Notes: generated from the letters alone by a model not told the origin. DNA of 33,776 nt from a virus (IMGVR_UViG_3300036779_000276:1-33776), one strand, 5' to 3'. Positions 18,331 to 25,668 are shown, counted from the stretch's first letter. Translations and numbers: made by a program.

Positions 18331-19922
18331 CAGTAACCCTCCAGCATGCGGGCCGACTGGCGACGACGGCGTGAGCTTGCCTTCACCGGCCCTTTGTTAA
18401 TTTCACGGCTGGCAAAGTATGCCAGCGCCAGCGAGATAGCCGAGTCCCCGTGGCGCTTGCCACTGTCCGACTTCGCTTTTGACCGCTGTTCCGGTACGCG
18501 GGGAACGCCGTTAACCACCTGAACGGCCCGCAGGTCATCCAGCGTGTCTTCATCCTTCGGCAAATCAATCAGGTTGCCATCCTCCAGCGCTGCCTTGACC
18601 GGCGGCATATGTTCCCGGTACCAGCTCTCGGTAGGCATGACCTGCTTCACCCGGCTGGAGCCATAGCGCTGCATGGCATACTCCGCCAGATAGGAGCCGT
18701 TACCTCGGGCATCAAGTGCCGCACCCGTCAGGTTTGGCAGGCCGTCCATCAGGTACCAGGTGATTTGCTCCTGCTGTTTGAACGGCACATTACGCAGCTC
18801 CATCACGAACGGGACGCGGCGTACCAGGTTCTTCTCCTGCAGCAGGGGATAGTCCACCGACAGGTCACCGCTGCGGCCAAAGTCGCGCCCCAGGAAAGAA
18901 CGTGCGTCAGTAGGCAGCGCTTCCAGCAACGGTTTGAGGTGTTCGTCCAGCCAGTCCTGCGTTTCACTGAAGCGTTCTGCGTCAGGCCTCAGCTCGTAAC
19001 CTTCCGGGCAGGTCAGGCGCAGCACCGGAGTATCGGGTGACATACGGGACTCAATCAGAGCGCGGGACAGCCAGACACCACCGCCGTTGGCCGGGATACA
19101 GTCAAGCTCTTCGGATGCGCCGGTGCCGTAGAACTTGTACACCGACGCCATCCACGCCTGTTCAGCGTTCTGCGTCCATTCCTTTCCGGTTCGCAGGCAG
19201 ACACGGTGAAACAAACCCTGCGCAACGGCTTCTTTGAAGGCAATTCGCTGTACGCTGCCCCCCTGGCGTCCGGCACGGATATCGCCAATAAGCGTATTGA
19301 ACGGGTTGTCGTCACCGTCATGGGTGGAGATAACGCGCACCTTACCGCCCCAGATAAGCATCGCCAGTGCTGCCTTCAGCAGTTCATCCAGTTGCTCATG
19401 GAACGCGGCCTCATCAATAACAATGATGCCCTGACGGCCACGCAGGTTAGACGGACGACTGGAGAGTGCGACAACGCGGAAGCCGGAATCGGGGAACCTG
19501 ATGGTGTAAGTTTTAATATGTTTGTCGTCTTCGTCCTCTTCCCAGAAACCTTCTTCAATCTCGCTGGCGGCGTAGTTGAATGCCCGCGCCCACATGGCGC
19601 AGGCCTGGATATACTCGACGGTCATGTCCTGGTTATAGGCAATGTAATAGACGTTCATGCCACCCGCAGGTGCTGAAGAGGCAGCGGTCAGCACGTTATC
19701 GGACGCCTCTGCCCAGGTAATACCGGTACGGCGGCTCTTCTCAATCACCTTGAGCGGAGAGGTATCTGCCACCCAGCGCTGCTGGTAAGGCATCAGAACA
19801 GCGGGCACATCCAGTGCCGAGGTATCAGGCAGAACGGGAGCAAGGTTATTCGTCCCATCCATGGGACTCACCCCTTCAGGGCCGCCAGCGGCGTTCAAAA
19901 TCACTCCAGATGATTTTGTCAT
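18330..19922 (-). CDS. Terminase large subunit (Mu gp28-like)
   Basis: 'LMPYQ' adenine-binding motif, Walker A 'KSRRTGIT', Walker B 'IIVIDEAAF', nuclease 'GRDFGR' and 'HGD'. Confidence 0.95.
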   Translation of the reverse strand: MTKSSGVILNAAGGPEGVSPMDGTNNLAPVLPDTSALDVPAVLMPYQQRWVADTSPLKVIEKSRRTGITWAEASDNVLTAASSAPAGGMNVYYIAYNQDMTVEYIQACAMWARAFNYAASEIEEGFWEEDEDDKHIKTYTIRFPDSGFRVVALSSRPSNLRGRQGIIVIDEAAFHEQLDELLKAALAMLIWGGKVRVISTHDGDDNPFNTLIGDIRAGRQGGSVQRIAFKEAVAQGLFHRVCLRTGKEWTQNAEQAWMASVYKFYGTGASEELDCIPANGGGVWLSRALIESRMSPDTPVLRLTCPEGYELRPDAERFSETQDWLDEHLKPLLEALPTDARSFLGRDFGRSGDLSVDYPLLQEKNLVRRVPFVMELRNVPFKQQEQITWYLMDGLPNLTGAALDARGNGSYLAEYAMQRYGSSRVKQVMPTESWYREHMPPVKAALEDGNLIDLPKDEDTLDDLRAVQVVNGVPRVPEQRSKAKSDSGKRHGDSAISLALAYFASREINKGPVKASSRRRRQSARMLEGY

Positions 19923-20461
19923 GTGGCAATCCCCAGGATTTCACGTCGCAGTGCCTGCACGGCATCCGCAGACAGGCCACCCTTGCGGGCAATCTTCTCG
20001 GCAGCATCAGCCGCCTGGCTGGCTTTTTCGCGCACTTCGCTTTGAAAGCGCTTAAGGTTGACGGAGGCGCGGGTCAGCGTGGCAATATTTTTCGATGCGG
20101 TGGCCAGCAGCTTCGCGCGTTCAGAGGGATTTTCATTATCGCCAACCTGTTGCAGACGCATCAGAATGTCGATCATCTCGGTCTGGATCAGCGCCATCAG
20201 ACCGGCAGAACGGTCATCCGCGTCGTCCCCGGCTTCACGCGCCATCAGTCTGGCGGCTTCCGTTGCCGCGCGTACCCGTGCCAGCTGCTGCTCCATTTTG
20301 TAACCGAACCGCTGCAGGGATGAGCGGGTTATCAGATAGCCCTTATCACGCAGCAGAGCCTCCAGATCGGCATAGCCACTAAAGTTATTTTCCGTCAGCG
20401 CCCGCTCCAGCCAGCGGCGTACCTCCTGCGGCAGGGTATCAATGCTGCTACGACGTCCCAT
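19919..20461 (-). CDS. Terminase small subunit (Mu gp27 / DUF3486-like)
   Basis: 'MGRRSSIDTLP...ITRSSLQRFG...GLSADAVQALRREILGI'; ATGA overlap with TerL. Confidence 0.85.
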   Translation of the reverse strand: MGRRSSIDTLPQEVRRWLERALTENNFSGYADLEALLRDKGYLITRSSLQRFGYKMEQQLARVRAATEAARLMAREAGDDADDRSAGLMALIQTEMIDILMRLQQVGDNENPSERAKLLATASKNIATLTRASVNLKRFQSEVREKASQAADAAEKIARKGGLSADAVQALRREILGIAT

Positions 20462-20463
20462 GG

Positions 20464-20775
20464 TTATTCACTCCAGTACTTTGCCGGACGGGCGATACCG
20501 GGGCCGCATTCAACGGTGTACTCCACCAGATCGACACCGAGGCGGGTCAGGTCCGCAAACCAGCTACCGGATGGCTGCTTGTTCAGCTCCAGCATTTTGC
20601 GGTCGGCCAGGTAATCCAGCTCACGACGCAGCTCCAGCGCGGTGGTGTCCGGGTAAATAGCGCAGGCCACGTCCAGCAGCAGCGTTTCGCTGGCGGTGTA
20701 CGGACGGGTTTTATTGAGAGCCACAAGCAGGCTCCAGCGCATTGATTCGCGGCGTACGCGGGTGATATCAACCAT
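20464..20775 (-). CDS. Mu gp26-like winged-helix protein
   Basis: 'ELRRELDYL...LTRLGVDLV...PGIARP'; lies just before TerS; start reset to ATG 20775 behind GGAGG. Confidence 0.75.
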   Translation of the reverse strand: MVDITRVRRESMRWSLLVALNKTRPYTASETLLLDVACAIYPDTTALELRRELDYLADRKMLELNKQPSGSWFADLTRLGVDLVEYTVECGPGIARPAKYWSE

Positions 20776-21100
20776 GGTGACCTCCGGTAATACGGTGCTG
20801 CTGCACCACTTCAAGCTTGTTATAGAGCGCGTCCAGTTTGGCCTCAATAACCGTCTGCCCCCGGATATAATCCTCGCGGCGCACATAGTTCAGGGGCAGC
20901 TCGGCCCGGAAGCGCATAAATTCTTTTTCCAGTTCGCCCCAGCTGGAGGCGGACTGCTGCAGCGCCTGCTCAAGCGAGGCAAACCGCGCCGCCTGCCGGT
21001 CTTCTGCCTTACTGAACAGCCATTTGGCGATCCCCCCGGCAAAGCTCATAAAGGTGATGAGGAAGCCCACCACCGTCCAGAATTCAACCTGCAACGTCAT
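20768..21100 (-). CDS. Membrane-anchored coiled-coil protein (Mu gp25-like, lysis-associated)
   Basis: N-terminal TM 'FWTVVGFLITFMSFAGGIAKWLF' then coiled coil; lies between spanins and gp26; start reset to 21100. Confidence 0.7.
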   Translation of the reverse strand: MTLQVEFWTVVGFLITFMSFAGGIAKWLFSKAEDRQAARFASLEQALQQSASSWGELEKEFMRFRAELPLNYVRREDYIRGQTVIEAKLDALYNKLEVVQQHRITGGHHG

Positions 21101-21750
21101 TTTTCTGCTCCTTCCCGCTCGTCCAGCAGCCCGTTTATCTGGCTTCGCCAGACGCGGCAAAGCCTTGCGTTGTCGATAACATTGGCGAGGACGTCACGCT
21201 GGGAGACGCCTGAGTCGCGTAGCCGGGCGTCAGCGGTTTGAGGTTGCCGGGCCGCTTCGCCAGCAACGGTGCCAGCGGCGGTAGCGCTGCCTGCATGACC
21301 GCTGTCGACGGATGCGTCGTCATATCCGAGTGCAGCGTTGTACTGGCGCACGAAACCGCGAGTAAACACGCACTCAATGGGATGACCCTTGCCTTTTTCA
21401 TCAATCCAGCGCTGTGTGACATCATCAATTTTCTCTTTCAGTTGTTGGTTCTGGTTTTCAAGCAGCGATACCTGCTCAAGGTAAGTCACCCCTGCCTGAT
21501 GGCCTGCGGCTACCTGTTCCTGATAGCGCTTAGCCCAGGCCTGCAGCGCAGCATTTTCCAGTTCAGTCTGTTCGCGTCGGTACGTATCGAACTGAGACTG
21601 CAACTGACTGAGTGAGGCATTCCCGTCACGCTCTGCGCTGTCGTGCCCCTCCCGGTAACCCCAGTGGTAGAGGCCATACAGCCCGCCCGCAACAGCAACG
21701 GCCAGCAGCATGCCGCGCCACGGCAGTTTTTTTATCAGGCTAGTCCACAC
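21097..21750 (-). CDS. Inner-membrane spanin (Rz-like)
   Basis: GTG start behind GGGGAGG; N-terminal TM followed by a long coiled coil; directly after the endolysin. Confidence 0.78.
   Translation of the reverse strand: MWTSLIKKLPWRGMLLAVAVAGGLYGLYHWGYREGHDSAERDGNASLSQLQSQFDTYRREQTELENAALQAWAKRYQEQVAAGHQAGVTYLEQVSLLENQNQQLKEKIDDVTQRWIDEKGKGHPIECVFTRGFVRQYNAALGYDDASVDSGHAGSATAAGTVAGEAARQPQTADARLRDSGVSQRDVLANVIDNARLCRVWRSQINGLLDEREGAEK
21135..21401 (-). CDS. Outer-membrane lipoprotein spanin (Rz1-like), fully embedded in the i-spanin
   Basis: 'MKKARVIPLSACLLAVS-C' lipoprotein signal and Pro-rich mature part, in an alternative frame of the i-spanin 3' half. Confidence 0.72.
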   Translation of the reverse strand: MKKARVIPLSACLLAVSCASTTLHSDMTTHPSTAVMQAALPPLAPLLAKRPGNLKPLTPGYATQASPSVTSSPMLSTTQGFAASGEAR

Positions 21751-22462
21751 AGCTGCCGCCTCCCCAGATGAGATAGCGCGGGGCCAGTTCGTGCAGGATG
21801 CGCTGCGGATAATGACGGTTCTCCCGCCAGTTGGCAGCGCTGCGCCCGGCATTCACCGTGGCGACATGACCAAACCAGCGGGTGCTGTCCAGCCCCTGCT
21901 GCGAGGCCAGCCGCTTGTCCCGCTGTACCCAGCCCAGACCGCCGTTATAGCCCGACAACGTCATGGCCATACGCTCGCAGCCGTTGGCGGCGCTGACGCG
22001 CTGCCACAGCCAGCGGTCATAGCTGACCAGCGCCCGGATAGCCCACGCCGGATTGAACGGTTCGCGGCTGTTCAGGCCCGGTACCCGCTGGCTAACCCAG
22101 TCGGCGGTGGCGGGCATAAACTGCGCCAGCCCCTGAGCGCCAACGGGTGACACGGCATCGGGTCGCCAGCCGCTTTCCTGATGCAGCTGCGCGGCGAAAT
22201 CGGCCACCGGGGCAGCCATTCCCCATTCAAGCCGGGCATTTCGGATCACATCGTCGCGATACTGCAGCGCGGGCTGCGGAGGCAGGGCTGCGCGGGCCTG
22301 ACTGAAGAATCCGCCACACCAGAGCAGCCAGGCAATCACCAGATTGGCCGTAAACGACCACCAGAAGCTGTATTTATCATCGCGTGGTTCGCCATGCTTA
22401 ACGGCTGATACGCCCAGACCAAAGGCGAGCAGGATGATGAAAGTGATTTGAGGCCAGTTCAT
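21740..22462 (-). CDS. Endolysin: SLT-family lytic transglycosylase with two N-terminal hydrophobic segments
   Basis: Catalytic 'QES', 'GAQGLAQFMPATA', 'YNGG'; follows the holin. Confidence 0.92.
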   Translation of the reverse strand: MNWPQITFIILLAFGLGVSAVKHGEPRDDKYSFWWSFTANLVIAWLLWCGGFFSQARAALPPQPALQYRDDVIRNARLEWGMAAPVADFAAQLHQESGWRPDAVSPVGAQGLAQFMPATADWVSQRVPGLNSREPFNPAWAIRALVSYDRWLWQRVSAANGCERMAMTLSGYNGGLGWVQRDKRLASQQGLDSTRWFGHVATVNAGRSAANWRENRHYPQRILHELAPRYLIWGGGSCVD

Positions 22463-22464
22463 GG

Positions 22465-22815
22465 TCACAGCCCCGTGGCCACGGCCAGACAGACTGCGGC
22501 AACAATCAGCGCACGGCGGATTAGCGCGGCGGAAAACACCAGGTGGAGGCCGGTCTGGACGGGGAAACGACCGTCAGCCATCAGCTTTGCATCATGTCTC
22601 AAATACTGACCGGGACGGGCTTTGGGAAAGAGCGATCGGTCAAGCCAGTAACCCAGCACAGCTGCCAGCGTGATGAGTGACAGCTTGTAGACAACCACCG
22701 GCAACTGCTGGGGCGAGACAAGACCAATAGTGCCGAGCAGCAGCACAGTGGTCAGCAGCCAGCCGCTGAGGCGGGGCTTTTTAACAGGGGGAATGAATTT
22801 TTTAATGGCTTTCAC
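22465..22815 (-). CDS. Putative holin (2-3 TM)
   Basis: Three hydrophobic segments and 'LGYWLDRSLFPKARP'; first late gene, with AAGGAG RBS and GTG start. Confidence 0.85.
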   Translation of the reverse strand: MKAIKKFIPPVKKPRLSGWLLTTVLLLGTIGLVSPQQLPVVVYKLSLITLAAVLGYWLDRSLFPKARPGQYLRHDAKLMADGRFPVQTGLHLVFSAALIRRALIVAAVCLAVATGL

Positions 22816-22841
22816 GGTGTGTCTCCTTATGCAGTGGAGAC

Positions 22842-22884
22842 AGCATCACAAATGGTTGGGGAAAGGGATTTTAAACAGCGTTAA
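22842..22884 (-). promoter_or_regulatory. Late promoter 4 / Plys (TTAA-N6-TTAA box plus -10 GATGCT)
   Basis: TTAA at 22871-22874 and 22881-22884, 23 nt from the -10 at 22842-22847. Confidence 0.72.
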
Positions 22885-22928
22885 TAGTGAGGATGCAGAC
22901 GTGAACCGCATGATGGCTTTGAAAGAAC

Positions 22929-23063
22929 GACCAGCCCGGTGCACTAACACCGGGCTGGTCATCAACCCACAGGTATGCACTGTGAGCCGACCAGGGTTCA
23001 GTCAGTCTCGCGAGACCTGATTAGCCTGCCATATTTTCACTGATTGCAAAAGGCTTACGGATA
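22929..23063 (+). promoter_or_regulatory. Structured 5' leader of the methyltransferase gene
   Basis: Perfect 13-bp stem GACCAGCCCGGTG/CACCGGGCTGGTC (22929-22960) without a U-tract, followed by further hairpins. Confidence 0.55.
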
Positions 23064-23834
23064 ATGAAACAACACTCTCTGCCCATCGTCCCCTGGATTG
23101 GCGGCAAACGTCGTCTGGCTAAACATATTTTACCGCTGTTCCCACACCATACCTGTTACGTGGAGCCGTTCTGCGGGGCAGCAGCGCTTTATTTTCTTAA
23201 AGAACCCAGCAAAACCGAAGTCATTAACGATATCAACGGGGAGCTGGTGAACCTCTATCGAGTGGTCAGGCATCATCTGGAAGAGTTCGTCCGCCAGTTC
23301 AAATGGGCGCTGGTCAGCCGTCAGATTTACAAATGGCTGCAGGACACGCCGGAAGAAACCCTGACCGATATCCATCGAGCCGCCCGGTTTTACTATCTGC
23401 AAAAGCAGGCGTTTGGGGGCAAGGTGGCGGATCACACATTTGGCACGTCCACCACCAGTGCGCCTCGTTTTAACCTGCTGCGTATCGAAGAAGAGCTGTC
23501 GATGGCGCACCTGCGCCTTTCCAGAACGCTCATTGAGCATCTGGACTGGCATCAGTGCATAGAGCGTTATGATCGCCCGCACACGCTGTTTTACTGCGAT
23601 CCACCCTACTGGGGAACGGAAGGCTACGGCGTGGAGTTTGGGCTGGAAAACTATGCGCAGATGGCAAAGCTGGCGCGGACCATCAAAGGGAAGATGATTA
23701 TTTCGGTGAACAATATCCCGGAAATGCTAGACGTATTTAAGGGACTAACTATCAAAAACGTCGATATCAGTTACAACCTTAAGGTCACCGGCAAAGCCGT
23801 ACGTCGCTGCGAATTGATTATTTGTAATTTTTGA
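23064..23834 (+). CDS. DNA adenine methyltransferase (Dam/D12 class)
   Basis: 'PWIGGK', SAM-binding 'YVEPFCGAA', 'INDIN' and catalytic 'DPPY'. Confidence 0.95.
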   Translation: MKQHSLPIVPWIGGKRRLAKHILPLFPHHTCYVEPFCGAAALYFLKEPSKTEVINDINGELVNLYRVVRHHLEEFVRQFKWALVSRQIYKWLQDTPEETLTDIHRAARFYYLQKQAFGGKVADHTFGTSTTSAPRFNLLRIEEELSMAHLRLSRTLIEHLDWHQCIERYDRPHTLFYCDPPYWGTEGYGVEFGLENYAQMAKLARTIKGKMIISVNNIPEMLDVFKGLTIKNVDISYNLKVTGKAVRRCELIICNF

Positions 23835-23933
23835 ATCAATAAGGTAATGCGGGATAAGAATGGCTATAAATTTCTCGCGGCTGAGTCGTCTGAGCTTCCA
23901 TTTATTCCTTACTTATCCCGTGCTAACTTTTTA

Positions 23934-24890
23934 TCATGTGATCGTTTTAGATACATTATTGGTAAAATAATCAGGATCTAATTTGAAATTAAAGTTGTTG
24001 TGCTGCGTATTAACACTGTCCAGCAAAACCGACTGACAGGTTTTATTCGGAACCTGTACGGTGCTGCCATTGGGCTTAACAAGCAGACTGCAAGTAATGC
24101 CCAGTGAACCATAGCCTGCGGGAATGCCAGCTCCCACTGGAATACTAAACCGTATGGTATAACCGCGTGGTTTTGTACTCCATTTTACTGATACCTCCCT
24201 GAATTCAGCGGCGTACTTATCCAGACCGGGAAATTCATGGCGGATCGCGGGAAGGACTTTGTGTATGAGTGCATTACGGGCGGTTAGCGTAAATTCTCTG
24301 GATGGCTTTATCTGATTGCTGTCAGCAAGCGAATTTTCTGACGGAATAGCCAGACCAATGCCGATCCCAGCCATCAAAATAGCAAGCAATGAACAGTAAT
24401 GTTTCCACCGGGGGGCTGTAGGGATGGGTAATGACGATTGCGTTTGCTGTCTGGCAAACGCCAGCGCTTGTTGCAATTCCTCTTTTTTCAAATTTAGCAG
24501 CCAGGAATCACCAAATTGTAGGCGGCAGTAATCTTCAATAATGCCTTTATCCAGTTTTTTCCCCAGTGTCAGGATATCACCCACCAGAGATTTACGGGAT
24601 TTAGTTTCAAGCGCGGCGGTTTTCATTCTGATTAAGCAGTGTTCTGCGGTGCTGTACTGACTTTTGGTAATTTCGTCGATACCATCAACACCCAACGCAG
24701 CATGTACTCTTAACCAGATAATGGCACCGTGCTCACCGGTTATATCAATGGTTTCTTCTACCAGCTGGTTCAGCATTTTTCGCTGAGACTTTGCCAGTGG
24801 CGGATCATCTGGTGGTGCAACAGGCAATGTTACATTGAAAACATCGCCACCCGCGACAACGCCAGTGTCACCATGAAAAGATTGCGTCAT
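23934..24890 (-). CDS. Accessory single-pass membrane protein downstream of the repressor; function unknown
   Basis: ATG 24890 behind AGGAG; N-terminal Gly-rich motif, helical domain, TM 'CSLLAILMAGIGIGLAIP', and a C-terminal domain with two Cys; visibly more AT-rich than the late genes. Confidence 0.85.
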   Translation of the reverse strand: MTQSFHGDTGVVAGGDVFNVTLPVAPPDDPPLAKSQRKMLNQLVEETIDITGEHGAIIWLRVHAALGVDGIDEITKSQYSTAEHCLIRMKTAALETKSRKSLVGDILTLGKKLDKGIIEDYCRLQFGDSWLLNLKKEELQQALAFARQQTQSSLPIPTAPRWKHYCSLLAILMAGIGIGLAIPSENSLADSNQIKPSREFTLTARNALIHKVLPAIRHEFPGLDKYAAEFREVSVKWSTKPRGYTIRFSIPVGAGIPAGYGSLGITCSLLVKPNGSTVQVPNKTCQSVLLDSVNTQHNNFNFKLDPDYFTNNVSKTIT

Positions 24891-24963
24891 GTTCACTCTC
24901 CTTGAACCAGCCCAGAACATCCTGCTACCCAGTGAGTACTTCTGTGCGCTGCCTTGAGCCAGC

Positions 24964-25392
24964 TTACTGTTTTTTCTTACCACCTACGTTGAAGGTCACA
25001 CCTTTCTCATAAGTTGCATCACCCTTGATTACCTGACCCACACTCCCGTGAAAAATTTGTTCAGCCCTTTCATTTGAACCACCGGCAGTTAATGCAGCAA
25101 GGGCTGCGGCTTTAACTACCAGAGGAGCCTTCCGGTAGTGTTGCACCAGCTCTGATTCATCTCTCGATAAAGCCACACCACCTGATTTTTCGCCGGTAAG
25201 AATATATTGAATATCGGCCCCTGCTTGCGCGAAAGAAACCAACACATCTCCTCCTGGCACTGCTATACCACGTTCATACTTTCCCCACATTTCCCGAGAA
25301 ATGCCGCACATGCTTGCTAGTTCATTCTGTTTAAGGGACAGGCGGGTGCGTTCTGATTTAAGTCGTGCCGCACAAAGAGAATCAAAGTTCAC
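24964..25392 (-). CDS. Prophage repressor (XRE/Cro-CI HTH) without peptidase domain
   Basis: 'RLKSERTRLSLKQNELASMCGISREMWGKYERG..PG...GADIQYILTG' HTH; divergent from the early operon; GTG start at 25392 is inferred. Confidence 0.92.
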   Translation of the reverse strand: MNFDSLCAARLKSERTRLSLKQNELASMCGISREMWGKYERGIAVPGGDVLVSFAQAGADIQYILTGEKSGGVALSRDESELVQHYRKAPLVVKAAALAALTAGGSNERAEQIFHGSVGQVIKGDATYEKGVTFNVGGKKKQ

Positions 25393-25431
25393 AAAAACCC
25401 CATTGACAATGAGAATTAAAGTTCTCATAAT
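25377..25431 (+). promoter_or_regulatory. Early promoter with two repressor operators
   Basis: TTGACA (25403-25408), 17 nt, CATAAT (25426-25431); dyad ATGAGAA-N6-TTCTCAT (25409-25428) fills the spacer; second copy GAGAATCAAAGTTCACA at 25377-25393. Confidence 0.85.
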
Positions 25432-25476
25432 CTAACACATAAATTATTCATTACTTCGATCAACAGGAGACAGACC

Positions 25477-25668
25477 ATGACCCCCGAGCAACTCAAAGCA
25501 CAATTCCGTTCAGAAGGTAAAACCTTTAGTCAGTGGGCTAAAGATAATGGTTACAACCCGCTTGACGTTTACCGCGTTACCAACGGTCTGACTAAAGCCA
25601 AATATGGCAAAGGTCATGAGATAGCTGTGAAGCTTGGCCTGAAGCCAGACAGCGACACTTCAATATAG
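25477..25668 (+). CDS. Ner/Cro-like DNA-binding protein (BcepMu gp16-like)
   Basis: 'MTPEQLKAQF...GKTFSQWAKDNGY...KYGKGHEIAVKLGLK'; first early gene; AGGAG RBS. Confidence 0.88.
   Translation: MTPEQLKAQFRSEGKTFSQWAKDNGYNPLDVYRVTNGLTKAKYGKGHEIAVKLGLKPDSDTSI

Noticed and set aside
22730-23020. 96-aa plus-strand ORF upstream of the methylase
   Set aside because: Overlaps the holin antisense and the promoter/hairpin region, and has no RBS; better explained as regulatory sequence
24891-24983. Longer N-terminus of the accessory protein given by the ORF track
   Set aside because: It overlaps the repressor 3' end, whereas ATG 24890 has a strong AGGAG RBS and puts the shared motif at the N-terminus
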